DNA of 64,000 bases from Candidatus Eiseniibacteriota bacterium (GTDB lineage: Bacteria; Eisenbacteria; RBG-16-71-46): the NCBI GenBank assembly GCA_963725865.1, contig CAVSAC010000014.1, positions 1,024,001-1,088,000 on the forward strand, in the 5' to 3' direction. Position numbers and translations under genes: made by a program. The notes beneath the pieces were generated by a model. That model saw only the letters and a program-made list of their open reading frames with translations, did not search any database and was not told the origin of the DNA. Positions 56,310 through 64,000 of the stretch are shown here, one piece after another (position 1 is the stretch's first letter; the number at the start of each line of letters is the position of its first letter).

Positions 56310-57356
56310 TCAGTCCCGCTCGCGCGGGCCGCCGTGCGACTCGAGCCGCTCGAACGCCACGAACAGCACGAGCGCCAGCACTCCGGCGCCGATCGCCGCC
56401 GCCGAGCGCGGCAGCCCGGCGAGCAGCACGGCCACCGCGGCCAGCGCCGCCGAGAGCCCCCAGAGCGCGAACAGCGCCCGGCGGGGCGTGAAGCCGATCC
56501 GCAGCAGGTGGTGGTGGACGTGTTCCGCGTCGGCGCGGAACACGGGTTGGCCCCGCCGTGCGCGGCGCACGAACGCGAACACGCTGTCCACCATCGGCAC
56601 GCCCATCGCGACGAGCGGGAACAGGAGCGTCACCGCGGCGGTGCCCTTGCGGTTCTCGAGCAGCGCCATCGCCGCCATCACGAGGCCGAGGAACTGGCTG
56701 CCGGTGTCCCCCATGAACACGCGCGCGGGCGGGAAGTTGTAGCGCAGGAATCCGATCGTGGCGCCGATCAGCAGCGAGGCCAGGAACATCACGTAGAAGT
56801 CGCCGTGGGAGCGTCCGGCGAACCAGAGCGCGGCCGCGGCGATCATCACCACGCCGGAGGCGAGCCCGTCGAGGCCGTCGATCAGATTGACGGCGTTGGT
56901 CACGAGCAGCACCCACAGCACGGTGAGCGGCCCGCTGAGCAGCCCGGCGGGCAGCGTGCCGCCGAAGGGGTTCGTGAGCACCGGCACGCCGTAGCCGAAG
57001 TGCACGAGCACCATCGCGGCGCACGACTGCACGCCGAGCTTCGCGATCCAATGCGTGCCGCGCACGTCGTCCACGATCCCGAGCGCCACCATCGGCACCG
57101 CCGCCAGCGTCAGCCCGAGCAAGGGCTGAGCATCGAGCAGGGCCGCGGGGCCCGGCAGCGCGCGGGCGATCCACGCCACCCCGAGCACCGCGACCACGAA
57201 CGCCAGGCCGCCCATGGTGGGCACCGCCTCGCGATGGATGCGGCGCGGGCCGGGCTGGTCGAGCGCCCCCGCGCGGCGCGCCACCCGCATGGCGACCGGC
57301 ACCAGCGCGAGAACGGCCGCGCAGGTCACGAGCGCGAGCTGGAGCGAATAGGGCAC
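56310..57356 (-). CDS. WecA/TagO-type undecaprenyl-phosphate GlcNAc-1-phosphate transferase (MraY-like family)
   Basis: RRIH...PTMGG, GIVDD, NAVNLIDGLDGLA, NFPPARVFMGDTGS, HVHH. Confidence 0.92.
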   Translation of the reverse strand: MPYSLQLALVTCAAVLALVPVAMRVARRAGALDQPGPRRIHREAVPTMGGLAFVVAVLGVAWIARALPGPAALLDAQPLLGLTLAAVPMVALGIVDDVRGTHWIAKLGVQSCAAMVLVHFGYGVPVLTNPFGGTLPAGLLSGPLTVLWVLLVTNAVNLIDGLDGLASGVVMIAAAALWFAGRSHGDFYVMFLASLLIGATIGFLRYNFPPARVFMGDTGSQFLGLVMAAMALLENRKGTAAVTLLFPLVAMGVPMVDSVFAFVRRARRGQPVFRADAEHVHHHLLRIGFTPRRALFALWGLSAALAAVAVLLAGLPRSAAAIGAGVLALVLFVAFERLESHGGPRERD

Positions 57357-57357
57357 G

Positions 57358-58212
57358 TCAGCGTTTCAGCGCGTTGAGGGCCATCATCAGCCCGGCGCGG
57401 ACGAGGATCAGGGCGTCCGCGATCCCGGCCACCAGCGGGTTCGTCGGGTGGTGCTTGTGGAAGTAGTGAATCATGCCGCGGTGGCGCTCGAGGATGACCC
57501 GGTTCGCCACCCGATGCCGGCTGGCGCCGACATGGTGGACCACCACCGCGTCGGGGACGTACGTCACGCGCCAGCCCGCGAGGTTCATGCGACGGCACCA
57601 GTCGACGTCCTCGTTGAACATGAAGAACGCCTCGTCCAGCAGGCCCACCTCGTCCATGGCCGTCCGGCGCACCAGCATGCAGGCGCCCGCCACCCAGTCC
57701 ACGTCGCGCACCGTGGTGTGATCCCAATCCGAGAGCAGGTAGCGTCGCGACCAGGGATTGGCGGGGAACAGGCGGGTGAGCAGCGAATAGCGGTTGAACA
57801 GGAACGCCAGGTGGTCGGGATAGGCGCGCGCGGAGTACTCCAGCGAGCCATCGCCGTTCAGGATCCGCGGAGCCGCGATCCCGGTGCGCGGATGGGCGCG
57901 CAGCTGCCCGAGCAGCGCCTTCACCGCCCCGGGGCAGACCTCGCAATCGGGGTTGAGCACCAGCACCGCAGCGCCGGTCCCGTCGCGGATGCCCTGGTTC
58001 ACCGCCCGCGCGAAGCCCACGTTCTCCGCGTTGCCGATGAAGAGAACCTGCGGAAAACGCTGTGCGATGGCCGCCCCGGCGCCGTCCCCGGAGGCGTTGT
58101 CCACGACGATCACCTCGGCCTCGAGGCCGGCCGTCTCGGCGACCACGGTCTCGAGACACACCAGCAACGGGGCGAGCGACTTATAGTTGACGATGACGGT
58201 GGACAGGTCCAT
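57358..58212 (-). CDS. Family 2 glycosyltransferase (WbbL-like)
   Basis: IVNY, VVDNASGD, NVGFARAVN, LNPD, VDWVAGAC, FFMFNEDVDWC; upstream TGcTAGAAT. Confidence 0.92.
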   Translation of the reverse strand: MDLSTVIVNYKSLAPLLVCLETVVAETAGLEAEVIVVDNASGDGAGAAIAQRFPQVLFIGNAENVGFARAVNQGIRDGTGAAVLVLNPDCEVCPGAVKALLGQLRAHPRTGIAAPRILNGDGSLEYSARAYPDHLAFLFNRYSLLTRLFPANPWSRRYLLSDWDHTTVRDVDWVAGACMLVRRTAMDEVGLLDEAFFMFNEDVDWCRRMNLAGWRVTYVPDAVVVHHVGASRHRVANRVILERHRGMIHYFHKHHPTNPLVAGIADALILVRAGLMMALNALKR

Positions 58213-58411
58213 GGGATGGCGAAAGAGTGGACGGCCAGAGCGGAGCGGCGCGGATTCTAGCATCCGCCCACGGGCGAGACGCCGCCCGCAACCGCTCCAG
58301 CCGCGGTCCGCGCGCGCGCTCGGTCGTTGACAGACGCCGCGCGGGGGGCGCACGCTATCCAGCGTGATACCCGGATCACCGGGTGGAAGGTCCCTCAGGG
58401 AGATGTCGCCT

Positions 58412-59332
58412 ATGCGCCTTGCTTCTGTGCTCTTCGTCCTGCTGTGCGCATGTCTGCTCGTCACCGTCCCGCCACCCGCCTCCGCCACCGACACCGATGG
58501 CGGGAACGACTGTCCGCGGCCCATCACCGACTACGGCGACGCGCCCGAGGGCGTGATCGCGTATCCCGGTGGCGTGATCGGGGCATTCCCCTCGTGCCTG
58601 GCACCCGGTCCGATCGCCAGCCGCTCGGTGATGTGCGGAACCGCCGGCACCAACCCGGGTCCCGCCGGATACGTGCGCCACGTGCAGTCCGGCACCAGCA
58701 ACTACTGGCTGGGGTGCTACTCCACCGCCGCCGGCCCATCGGGCATCGACAGCGAGCCCGATGCCAAGATCCAGCTCGGTCCCGGGCCGAGTGCGTGCGG
58801 AGGTGGTCCGACCGACTGCCTGCAACCCGCGTTCAGCGCGATGCAGTTCGGCAAGGACGAATGCCCCACCGACGCCTCCGACGCCGGGGTGGTCGCGTCC
58901 GGGTCGTTCGTGACGTGCTCGAACAGCACCGTTCCCTTCGCGGTCTATAACTGCGGCCCGCAGCGACTCGTCTATCTGAACATCTGCGTGGACATGAACC
59001 AGGACGGCGACTGGGAGGATGGGTTCCTCTGCAGCAAGCCGGTGGCGTGCGCGAGCGAATGGGCGGTGGTCAACAGTCCCATCCTGCTCGACCCGGGCTG
59101 CAATTCGATCACGTCGCCCGGCTTCCGCATGGGTCCGTTCAACGGGCCCGGCTGGATGCGGATCACGATCACCGACGATGCGGTGCCGGTCGATTTCCCA
59201 TGGAACGGCTCCGCCACCGCGACCAACGGCGAGTTCGTCGGCGGCGAGACCGAGGACTACCCGGTCGTGATCGACCAGGCCGTGGCGAGCGACCACCGCA
59301 CCTGGGGCACGCTGAAGACCCGCTACCGCTGA
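58412..59332 (+). CDS. Secreted Cys-rich GEVED-domain protein with C-terminal TWGxLKxxYR tail
   Basis: Signal peptide; DYGDAP; VDMNQDGDW; WMRITI; GETEDY; ends TWGTLKTRYR; alternative ATG at 58403. Confidence 0.8.
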   Translation: MRLASVLFVLLCACLLVTVPPPASATDTDGGNDCPRPITDYGDAPEGVIAYPGGVIGAFPSCLAPGPIASRSVMCGTAGTNPGPAGYVRHVQSGTSNYWLGCYSTAAGPSGIDSEPDAKIQLGPGPSACGGGPTDCLQPAFSAMQFGKDECPTDASDAGVVASGSFVTCSNSTVPFAVYNCGPQRLVYLNICVDMNQDGDWEDGFLCSKPVACASEWAVVNSPILLDPGCNSITSPGFRMGPFNGPGWMRITITDDAVPVDFPWNGSATATNGEFVGGETEDYPVVIDQAVASDHRTWGTLKTRYR

Positions 59333-59349
59333 GCCGCGATCCCACCCGC

Positions 59350-59377
59350 GCGGCGCCCGTCACCCGGCGGGCGCCGC
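59350..59377. terminator. Hairpin between convergent genes
   Basis: GCGGCGCCCG...CGGGCGCCGC. Confidence 0.5.
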
Positions 59378-59384
59378 GGCGCGC

Positions 59385-59882
59385 TCAGGGCTCCGCGCGT
59401 GGGACCACCGGCGCCGGCGGCGGGAGCTCGCGACCGAGCGCGGCGGCGAGCCAGTCGCGCAGGCGCGCGGTGTGCGAGCCCTCCCAGTACCACTTACCGC
59501 ACTCCGGGCAGTGGTGCAGGTGCTGCACCGCGCGCAGCACGCGGCCCGGCACCTCGCCGCTGGCCTCGAAGGCGAGGCGGCGCTGGAGCGCCGCGTTGCA
59601 CGCCGTGCAGCGGCTGAAGGGCGGGCCGGCGGCCGCGCCGGCGGCGTCCACCGCGCGCACCGCGGCGGCCGCGTCCCTCGGCAGCCGCAGCGCCGGGACG
59701 TCGGCGTGACGCCGCGGATGGCGCGCGCTGAGCGTGAGCACGGTGCGACGCTCGCGCCGGGCGAGATCGAACAACTCCTCGAGACGCGCGCCCCGCGCAA
59801 CGAGCACGTCGTGTCCCAGCGCGCGCAGGCGGCGCGCGACCAGCTCGAGCGAGGCGTCGGTGACGAAGCGCGTGACGTCCAT
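59385..59882 (-). CDS. Mut7-C RNase (PIN-like) domain protein with zinc ribbon
   Basis: FVTDASL...ARRLRALGHD; SRCTACN; CPECGKWYWEGSH. Confidence 0.88.
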   Translation of the reverse strand: MDVTRFVTDASLELVARRLRALGHDVLVARGARLEELFDLARRERRTVLTLSARHPRRHADVPALRLPRDAAAAVRAVDAAGAAAGPPFSRCTACNAALQRRLAFEASGEVPGRVLRAVQHLHHCPECGKWYWEGSHTARLRDWLAAALGRELPPPAPVVPRAEP

Positions 59883-59981
59883 GCCGCCACCCTAGTGGTC
59901 GCCTCCGCGAGCGGCAAGCCCCGCCGCCGCGTCTCGCCGGACCCCCAATCGGCTGCCCCGCAGGTCGTTGACGCGTCCCAG

Positions 59982-60010
59982 TTGACGCTGGGGGCTCACT
60001 GGGCCAACCT
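59982..60010 (+). promoter_or_regulatory. Candidate leaderless sigma70 promoter
   Basis: TTGACG-N17-CAACCT-N7-ATG(60018). Confidence 0.5.
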
Positions 60011-60017
60011 GCCGGCC

Positions 60018-61217
60018 ATGGACCCAGGCTTCCCACGTGGGGTGATCGGGCGGACGTCTCCCGGCCGTGCCCCACTCGCCCGGATCGGCCGCCGTCGCTT
60101 CCTCGTGAGTGTCGCCGGAGCCGCCACCTACATGGCGCTCCGACCGCATGTGGCCTGGGCACGAGGGGTCGCTCGGCCGTGGCCGCAACTGCAGCCCTGG
60201 ACGCTCCCCGACGAGCCCGCCCCCGGCCTCGAGCTGGTGCGCGCCATGATCGGCGCCGCGGTGCTGGCGCCCAGCCAGTGGAACACCCAGCCGTGGCGGT
60301 TCGAGGTCGAGGGCACGACCATCCGGCTGGTCGCCGACGCCGGCCGCGCGCTCCCGGTCACCGACCCCGCGCGCCGGGGCATGACGATCTCCCTGGGCGC
60401 GTCGCTGGAGCACCTGCTCATCGCCGCGCGGGCCTACGGCCTGCGCCCCACGGTCGACTACCTGCCCGACGAGGGTGCGCACGGCGTGGTGGCGCAGATG
60501 TCGTGGACCGGCGGGGACTCGCCGCGCGACCGCGCCCTGTTCTCCGCGATCCCGCAGCGCCGCACCAACCGCCGGGACTACGACGGCCGCGCCGTCACGC
60601 TCGCCAGCAGCGCGCAGTTGATGGCGCAGGCGCCCGAGGACGGCGCCGTGCACTGGCTCGACGACCGCGGCGCGCTGCGCGCGATCGCCGACGTGGCGCT
60701 CGAGGTGGAGCGCGCCCAGGTCCGCGACCGCCGTGCCGAGACCGAGCGCTTCGCCTGGATGCGGCTCGACGCGGGCGATGCGCGGCGACGGGGCGACGGG
60801 GTCACGCTCGACGCGCTGGAATTCGGCGGGCCCGCGCACTGGTTCGCGGGGCGCTACTTCGATCCGCACAGCCGCCTGCTGCGCTTCGGAGCCGAGAGCG
60901 CCGGCAAGCAGGCCCGCGACCAGGTGCGCTCGAGCGGCGCGCTCGCGCTGCTGTCGGTGAACCGGCGCAGCGGCCCCTCGTGGCTGGCGGGCGGGCAGCT
61001 GGTCGCGCGGTTCCTGCTCAAGGCGACCTCGCTCGGGCTCGCGGTGCAGCCGCTCGCGACCGTGTTCGAGAGCGAACCCTCGCGCGCCGAGGTGCTGCGG
61101 CGGTTCGGCGCGGGCGGCGAGGAACCGCTGCTGCTCGTGCGACTGGGCCACGCCAAAGCGCCGGCGCCGAGCTACCGGCGCGCTGTCGGGCTGGTGGCCA
61201 CCTACCGCAACTCCTGA
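60018..61217 (+). CDS. Acg-type nitroreductase family protein with twin-arginine signal
   Basis: GRRRFLV Tat motif; LAPSQWNTQPWRF; RRTNRRDY; LLVRLG. Confidence 0.85.
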   Translation: MDPGFPRGVIGRTSPGRAPLARIGRRRFLVSVAGAATYMALRPHVAWARGVARPWPQLQPWTLPDEPAPGLELVRAMIGAAVLAPSQWNTQPWRFEVEGTTIRLVADAGRALPVTDPARRGMTISLGASLEHLLIAARAYGLRPTVDYLPDEGAHGVVAQMSWTGGDSPRDRALFSAIPQRRTNRRDYDGRAVTLASSAQLMAQAPEDGAVHWLDDRGALRAIADVALEVERAQVRDRRAETERFAWMRLDAGDARRRGDGVTLDALEFGGPAHWFAGRYFDPHSRLLRFGAESAGKQARDQVRSSGALALLSVNRRSGPSWLAGGQLVARFLLKATSLGLAVQPLATVFESEPSRAEVLRRFGAGGEEPLLLVRLGHAKAPAPSYRRAVGLVATYRNS

Positions 61218-61249
61218 CGGCCCGGCGGCGTCCCCCGCGCGCGCGGCGC

Positions 61250-62650
61250 TCAGGCGCCGCTGCCGCTCAGCGTCATCTCGGCGATCAGCAGCGTGGGACT
61301 CGCGATCGCGCCGCGGAACTCGAGGTCGTTGCCGACCGCCACCACGCCGCGCAGCATGTCGAGCGAATGGGCGGCCACCGTCACGCCGTCGACCGGCTGG
61401 GTGCGCTCGCCGTGCTCGATCCAGAAGCCCTGGGCCTGGAACGAGTAGTCGCCCGTCACCGGGTTGAACCCGAACGAGCCCTGGTCGTCCATGTAGAAGC
61501 CGCGCTCCACGCGCTTCAGGATCGCCGCGGGGGACTCGTCGCCCGGTTCGAGGTAGAGGTTCTGCGCGCCGATGCCGGGCAGCGAAGCGTATCCGCGCAC
61601 CGCGCTGCCGGTGGGGCGCGCGCCGGCGCGGCGCGCGTGGTAGACGTCGTAGAGGAACATCGCGCAGGTGCCGTGGTCGATCAGTACGTTGCGTCGCGTC
61701 GCCACGCCCTCGCCGTCGAACGGCTCGGTGCCGACCGCGCCCGCGAGCCGGCCGTCGTCGACGAGCGTCACGAGCGGCGAGGCGATGGGCTGGCCGAGAC
61801 GCTCGGTGAGCCACGAGGACCGCTTGATCACCGACTCGCCGCTGAAGGCGTCGTGCATCTCGGCGATCCAGCCCGCCGCGATGTCGGGGTGCAGGACGAC
61901 CGGCACCCGGGCGGACGGCACCGGACGCGCGCCGATGCGCGCGACCGCGCGCTCCGCGGCCTCGCGGGCGGCGGCCTCGGCGCTGGGCAGCTCCTGCACG
62001 CGGCGGCGGCTGGTGCTGTAGACGCCGGTCTGCTGGCGGCCGTCGCGGTCGTCGGCCAGCGGCACCACCCACAGGCTCGCGGACGTCGCGGCCCACGAGC
62101 GCGTGATGCCGGTCGAGGAGACGATGGCGGCGGCGCCGTCGTGGCTGCTCACGCCCGCGCCCTCGGTGCGACGGATGCGGGGGTCGTGCGCCAGCGCGAG
62201 GCGCTCCAGCTCGAGCGCCAGCGCGATCTTGCGCTCCGGGGTGAACGCCAGCACCTCCGGATCCCACATCCCCAGCTCGCCCGCTGGCTCGCCCGTCGCC
62301 TCCTCGGGCGTCGCCAGGAGATTCGCGGGGTCGGGGCTCGAGAACCGCGCCAGCGCGACCGCGCGCTGCGCGAGGTCCGCGAGCGCGGACGGCGCGAGGT
62401 CGTTGGTGGACACGAACCCCACGCGCTCGTCCACGATCACGCGCAGGCCGAGTCCGAGGGTCCCGCTCTGCTTGAGCGTCTCGATCACGCCGCCGCACAC
62501 GCGCACCGTGAACGCGCGCGAGGTCTCTACGCACGCCTCGGCCTGCGCCGCGCCCGCGCGGCGGGCGAGGTCCACGGCCTGGGCGCCGAAGCGCTCGAGC
62601 GCCGCGGGCGGATGCGTCGGCTGGGCGGGACCGGAGCGGCCCGTGCTCAT
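61250..62650 (-). CDS. pmbA: PmbA/TldE family protein
   Basis: GLGLRV, PFDGEG, TGSAVR, NPVTGDYS, GFWIEHGE, SPTLLI; no HExxH. Confidence 0.9.
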   Translation of the reverse strand: MSTGRSGPAQPTHPPAALERFGAQAVDLARRAGAAQAEACVETSRAFTVRVCGGVIETLKQSGTLGLGLRVIVDERVGFVSTNDLAPSALADLAQRAVALARFSSPDPANLLATPEEATGEPAGELGMWDPEVLAFTPERKIALALELERLALAHDPRIRRTEGAGVSSHDGAAAIVSSTGITRSWAATSASLWVVPLADDRDGRQQTGVYSTSRRRVQELPSAEAAAREAAERAVARIGARPVPSARVPVVLHPDIAAGWIAEMHDAFSGESVIKRSSWLTERLGQPIASPLVTLVDDGRLAGAVGTEPFDGEGVATRRNVLIDHGTCAMFLYDVYHARRAGARPTGSAVRGYASLPGIGAQNLYLEPGDESPAAILKRVERGFYMDDQGSFGFNPVTGDYSFQAQGFWIEHGERTQPVDGVTVAAHSLDMLRGVVAVGNDLEFRGAIASPTLLIAEMTLSGSGA

Positions 62651-62661
62651 CCCCGGTCGGC

Positions 62662-63414
62662 TCAGCGCCGGCCGCCGACCGACCAGCCGAGGCCGGCGGT
62701 GACCTGGAGCCCCGAGAAATCGGTGATCACCCGCTTGCCGGAGTTCGGCGCGGTGAACTGGACCGGGTTCGGGGACTGAGCGTCGTAGCGGGCGTCGCCG
62801 ATCTGTCCGAAGTCCTGGAACGCCCAGCCGACCTCGAAATAGCCGAGCAGGTTACGCTTCCCGAGCGGGCGCTCGATGCCGCCGAACAGTCCCGAGACGA
62901 CGTGGCTGCCGCTCCAGCTCTGGTGGCTCGTGAAGCTGTTCGCGGGTTCCGTGAGATCGATGAAGCCAACCCGCTCGGTGACCTTCGCCGAGCCCAAGCC
63001 GAACTCGCCACCGACGTAGAAGCTGGGCGCGAACGCGGGCCACCAGGCGGCGCGCCAGGTGCTGCGCCACAGCGTGAGGTCGATCGCCTCGGTGATCGAG
63101 CCGAATCCGATCGGCGCGTAGGTCTCGTTCGACTTCAGCTTCTGGTACGTCACCGCCCCACCGATCGTGATGCCGGGCTCCGGCGACCACGCGAGCTCCA
63201 CGCTGGGCCGCAGGCTGGGGCCGAGCGGGTCGTACCGCGCGGTGAGCTGCTGCTCGAATCCCCGCAGCGGCTCGTTCCATCCGTCGAGGCGGGAATTCGA
63301 GAAGCCCGCCCCGGCGCGCAGCGTCAGCGAACCCGGCGCCGGCTGGGCGAACGCCACGGTCGCGACGAGGACCATCCCGAACACGACGGCGAGGACACGC
63401 GCGAATGACGACAC
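62662..63414 (-). CDS. Predicted outer-membrane beta-barrel protein
   Basis: AAAGGAG before GTG 63414; signal peptide ending AFA; amphipathic strands; DFSGLQVTAGLGW. Confidence 0.75.
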   Translation of the reverse strand: MSSFARVLAVVFGMVLVATVAFAQPAPGSLTLRAGAGFSNSRLDGWNEPLRGFEQQLTARYDPLGPSLRPSVELAWSPEPGITIGGAVTYQKLKSNETYAPIGFGSITEAIDLTLWRSTWRAAWWPAFAPSFYVGGEFGLGSAKVTERVGFIDLTEPANSFTSHQSWSGSHVVSGLFGGIERPLGKRNLLGYFEVGWAFQDFGQIGDARYDAQSPNPVQFTAPNSGKRVITDFSGLQVTAGLGWSVGGRR

Positions 63415-63446
63415 GACGAACTCCTTTCGAAGGCGAGACCGGCGGC

Positions 63447-64000
63447 TCAGGTCGCGGTGCCGCCGACGGTGATCTCGCTGAACAGCACCGTGGGCTGCCC
63501 CACGCCCACCGGTTTCCACTGCCCGTCCTTGCCGCACGAACCGGTGGTGCCGTCGATCTTCAGGTCGTTCGCGACCGCGGCGATGCGGAGCATGGCGTCG
63601 TTGCCGTTGCCGGTGAGCGTGGCGTTGCGCACCGGATGGGTGAGCCGGCCATCCTCGATCATCACCGCCTCGGTGACCTGGAACGAGAAGTTCCCATCGG
63701 CAGGGTTCACCGAGCCGCCGCCGAGCACCTTGCAGTATAGCCCACGCTTCACCGACGCGATCAGCTCCGCGGGCTTGGCTGGGCCGGCCTCGATGTAGGT
63801 GTTGGTCATGCGACACAGCGGGAAGTCGCGGTACGAGGCGCGCCGTCCGTTGCCGGTGGGCCGCTCGCCGGTCAGGCGCGCGTTGAGCACGTCCCACAGG
63901 TAGCCCACCAGCACGCCGTCCTCGACCAGCACGGTGCGCTGCGCCGGCGTGCCCTCGTCATCGATGCGGAACGATCCGCGGCTGTAGGGCACCAGCCCCG
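63447..64000 (-). CDS. tldD: TldD metalloprotease, C-terminal part (5' end outside window)
   Basis: DDEGTP, TGNGRR, RMTNTY, GGGSV, CGKDGQ, VGVGQPT. Confidence 0.92.
   Translation of the reverse strand, partial: GLVPYSRGSFRIDDEGTPAQRTVLVEDGVLVGYLWDVLNARLTGERPTGNGRRASYRDFPLCRMTNTYIEAGPAKPAELIASVKRGLYCKVLGGGSVNPADGNFSFQVTEAVMIEDGRLTHPVRNATLTGNGNDAMLRIAAVANDLKIDGTTGSCGKDGQWKPVGVGQPTVLFSEITVGGTAT

Overview
This 64-kb window is very GC-rich, gene-dense chromosomal DNA from a diderm bacterium, with about 52 protein-coding genes. I found no rRNA, tRNA, CRISPR array, integrase or transposase. Several secreted proteins end in T9SS/FlgD-like C-terminal domains and one ends in a TWGxLKxxYR tail, which suggests an FCB-superphylum lineage such as Ca. 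Eisenbacteria (inference only). Housekeeping genes include pabB/pabC, cysE/cysK, nth, sppA, dsbD, tldD/pmbA, a WecA-like/GT2 pair, an ECF sigma/anti-sigma/DUF6249 module, a YhaO/YhaN-type Mre11/Rad50 pair, and many hydrolases and outer-membrane barrels. The most notable observations are: (1) two apparent C-terminal sorting signals on modular secreted proteins, plus an SppA fused to a barrel-like domain; (2) a small Tat-signal protein placed directly before a signal-less amidase (possible piggyback export); (3) an identically spaced TTCA-N16-GCCGATAACGCG sigma28-like promoter before two non-flagellar envelope genes; (4) repeated leaderless-type promoters and a probable CTG start codon; (5) a membrane-anchored Rad50-like ATPase divergent from a TPR gene and a PD-(D/E)xK-like gene; (6) two apparent single-base frameshifts that may be assembly errors. 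All family assignments come from motif recognition by eye; no searches were run.
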